From assembly GCF_009914755.1 (NCBI RefSeq), contig NC_060942.1: DNA of 64,000 nucleotides; one strand, given 5' to 3'. Below the pieces are notes generated by a model that worked only from the letters and a program-made list of their open reading frames with translations, did no database searches and was not told the origin of the DNA. Each line of letters opens with the position of its first letter. The first letter of the stretch is position 1. Source of the DNA: the human T2T-CHM13v2.0 reference genome, Homo sapiens. The position numbers and the translations under genes are program-made. Shown piece after piece: positions 61,855 through 64,000 of this stretch.

Positions 61855-63008
61855 TAGTTAACACTTATTATTCATGAATTGTGTATTTGTAACTTACTTG
61901 CTGAAATTTATGTGTAACCACGAAATCAATATCTGTGGTGTTTTTCCAGTCATTGATGGCCACGAACAGTGCAGTAAAAAAATTTGAATCACTGGGTGTG
62001 CACATTCCTAGTTGAAGTCAAATGAGGTAATGCCAATGCTCTGCCTTCTCGTTTCAGCTTTTGTATTGTAAATAAGTGTTCTTTTCACAATTTATTTAGT
62101 TTCATTTTTTTACATTTTTGTGTTCTTTGTTGTTGATTTTCACGATTTAAAATGATCCCCAAGTGTGGTACTGAAATGTTGCTGTCTAGTGTTTCAAAGC
62201 ACAAAAGCTTTTATAAGTCTTGCAGAGAAAATGTGAGTATTAGACAAGCATCATTCAGGCATTAGTCATAGTGCTATTGGCCCTGCATTTAATGTTGATG
62301 AATCAAAAATAATACAGTACATCTACAAAAAGGAAGAGGGAATTCACTGATCTATATGTGAGGCTGCTCTGGAAAGTCCTAAAGTAATATCTATAGTGTA
62401 TGAAGAAAGCTATGGAGAAAATAGAAAAATAGATAAATTTGTACATTCATGAGATAATGACGGATAAAAGAAAAAAAGACTGTGAGTCACATTGTTATGT
62501 AAAAGCCAGAGAAATTTACAGTCACATTATCCAGGGTCAGAAAAATTTAAACCTATCCCAGCTAGGGCTGGTTGCCCCTCACATTTCAAAAGGATATCTG
62601 GCATGAACATGTTAAACTTGAAGGGGAGACAAATTCTGAAGTCCAGGGATGGAAGAATTTTTAAAATACTTGCTAAGTGTCACAAAGGATTATGTGGAAG
62701 AGCAGGTTTTCAAAGCTGATGAGGCAAGAATATTGCCAAATGAACCCATATATTGCAAATGGCTTTCAAATCTTCTAATTTTCAATCATTCAAAATCATG
62801 CAATTAATTACTTTTAAAAAAATAGATATTAAATATGGTGTCTTTAAACAGAAACACACATAAGATCAAACATTGTGGCCTGAGGTTCTCAGGAATCTAA
62901 CCTTATATTTCCTCCATTTCCTCCAGGATCAGGGGTTGCATATTTTCTAACACAGTGTTCCCAGTGACTTTCAAGAACATAACTAGCACTAATATAGAGA
63001 AATAGATA
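61855..63008 (+). mobile_element. Tigger-family DNA transposon (MER82-related) with transposase remnant
   Basis: MER82-like ends; degenerate CENP-B-type ORF from ~62152 (..VLDKHHSGISHSAIGPAFNVDES..), 'ARAGCPSHFKRISG', 'EQVFKADE'. Confidence 0.75.
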
Positions 63009-63009
63009 T

Positions 63010-63369
63010 TGCTATAGACTGAATGTGTCCCCTCAAAATTTACATGTTGAAAACTAATCCCCTATGTGATGGTATTTGGGGAAGAGATTTTGGGAGGTAA
63101 TTAGGTCGTGAAGGCAGAGCCTTCTCATGAATAGGATTAGTGCCCTAGTAAGGGACTCTACCTAGCTCCTTCACCCATTCTGCCACGTGAGAACAAAGCA
63201 AGAAGATAGCTATCTATGAGCCAGGAAACAGGACCTCACCAGACACTGAATCTGCAGGCACCTTGATCTTGCACTTCTCAGCTTTCAAAACTATGAAAAA
63301 TAAATTTTTGTTATTTACAATCCACCCAGTCTATGGTATTCTTTTATGGCAGCCTTAATAACTAAGACA
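63010..63369 (+). mobile_element. MLT1A-type MaLR LTR
   Basis: 'tgctatagactgaatgtgtcccctcaaaatttacatgttgaa..ctcaccagacactgaatctgcaggcaccttgatcttg..ggcagcc..actaagaca'. Confidence 0.92.
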
Positions 63370-63415
63370 TACTTACATACATGTGTGTGTTTACACAGTT
63401 GTGTATCCATATACA

Positions 63416-64000
63416 TGATGCAGGATTTGTTTTGGCCACTTTGTGGAACTCACAACAGGAGTGAACATTTACTCAGCCTACTGCGCTTAACCCTTTGTGG
63501 GAGGCAGCATGTGAGTGAACAAGTGCAAGACCTGGCTGGCTGCCCCAAGCACTGGGATGAGCAAACTCCATGTGGGGCCCATAGGCAGAGCAAGCACGAG
63601 TGAACGAGTGCAGGATCCAGCCAGCAAGGCCCATGTGGAGCTGATGGTGGGACCTAGGTGGGTGAGCCTGTGACCCCAAAGCCCCAGAGGGAGTGTTATA
63701 GTACTCTCTTAGCTCCTCTGTTTGTGAACAGCTGTGTGTTAACAGCTCAGTTGGCCCCTGCCTCATCGTGTGGGGCACCTGCCCTCTGCCAGTGAGGGCA
63801 AACAGCTGGTGTAACAGCCTTTTTGAGTACCTGCACTTGGTGGGTCCCGAGCTCTTGTCTGTTGTCCTAGAAGAATGAGGTCACACAGACACTGGAAGGA
63901 TGGTAAAGGCGGAGGACATCATTGAGTAGTGAAAATGGTTCTCAGCAGAGAGAGGAGCTGGAGAGGGGACATGAAGGGCAGGTAGTCTTCCCCAAAGTCA
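63416..64000 (-). mobile_element. MER52-family ERV1 LTR, runs off window end
   Basis: 'tgatgcaggattt', 'ccccaaagccccagagggagtgtta', 'gagctcttgtctg..agaagaatgaggtcacacagac..tctcagcagagagaggagctggagagggg'. Confidence 0.8.

Overview
AT-rich, CpG-depleted primate (very probably human/hominoid) nuclear DNA, intergenic or deep intronic. I find no supportable host protein-coding gene, tRNA/rRNA, CpG island, CRISPR array or prokaryotic system. The ORF track is mostly Alu, L1 and simple-repeat noise. Roughly half the window is layered transposon debris: old L1M and L1PA, L2, MIR, about 11 Alu/FLAM, MaLR LTRs, ERVL-class proviral remnants, a solo HERV-H LTR7, MER4/MER52 LTRs, Tigger and hAT-Charlie DNA transposons. 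Most noteworthy: (1) a still-translatable ancient CR1 LINE ORF2 fossil (~28.9-29.5 kb); (2) an LTR-less ERVL gag-protease-RT block replacing part of an L1 ORF2; (3) a two-LTR LTR16/ERV3-16A3-like provirus whose gag-RT deletion coincides with a TSD-less Alu; (4) an ungapped 176-bp duplication 1680 bp apart, with a splice acceptor in both copies and a Kozak-initiated 29-aa ORF in one; (5) a twin-priming inversion in an old L1MA; (6) a templated-insertion repair scar inside an L1PA. Family names come from recalled consensus sequences, not a database search, so subfamily calls and old-repeat boundaries are approximate. None of this demonstrates a new biological system.
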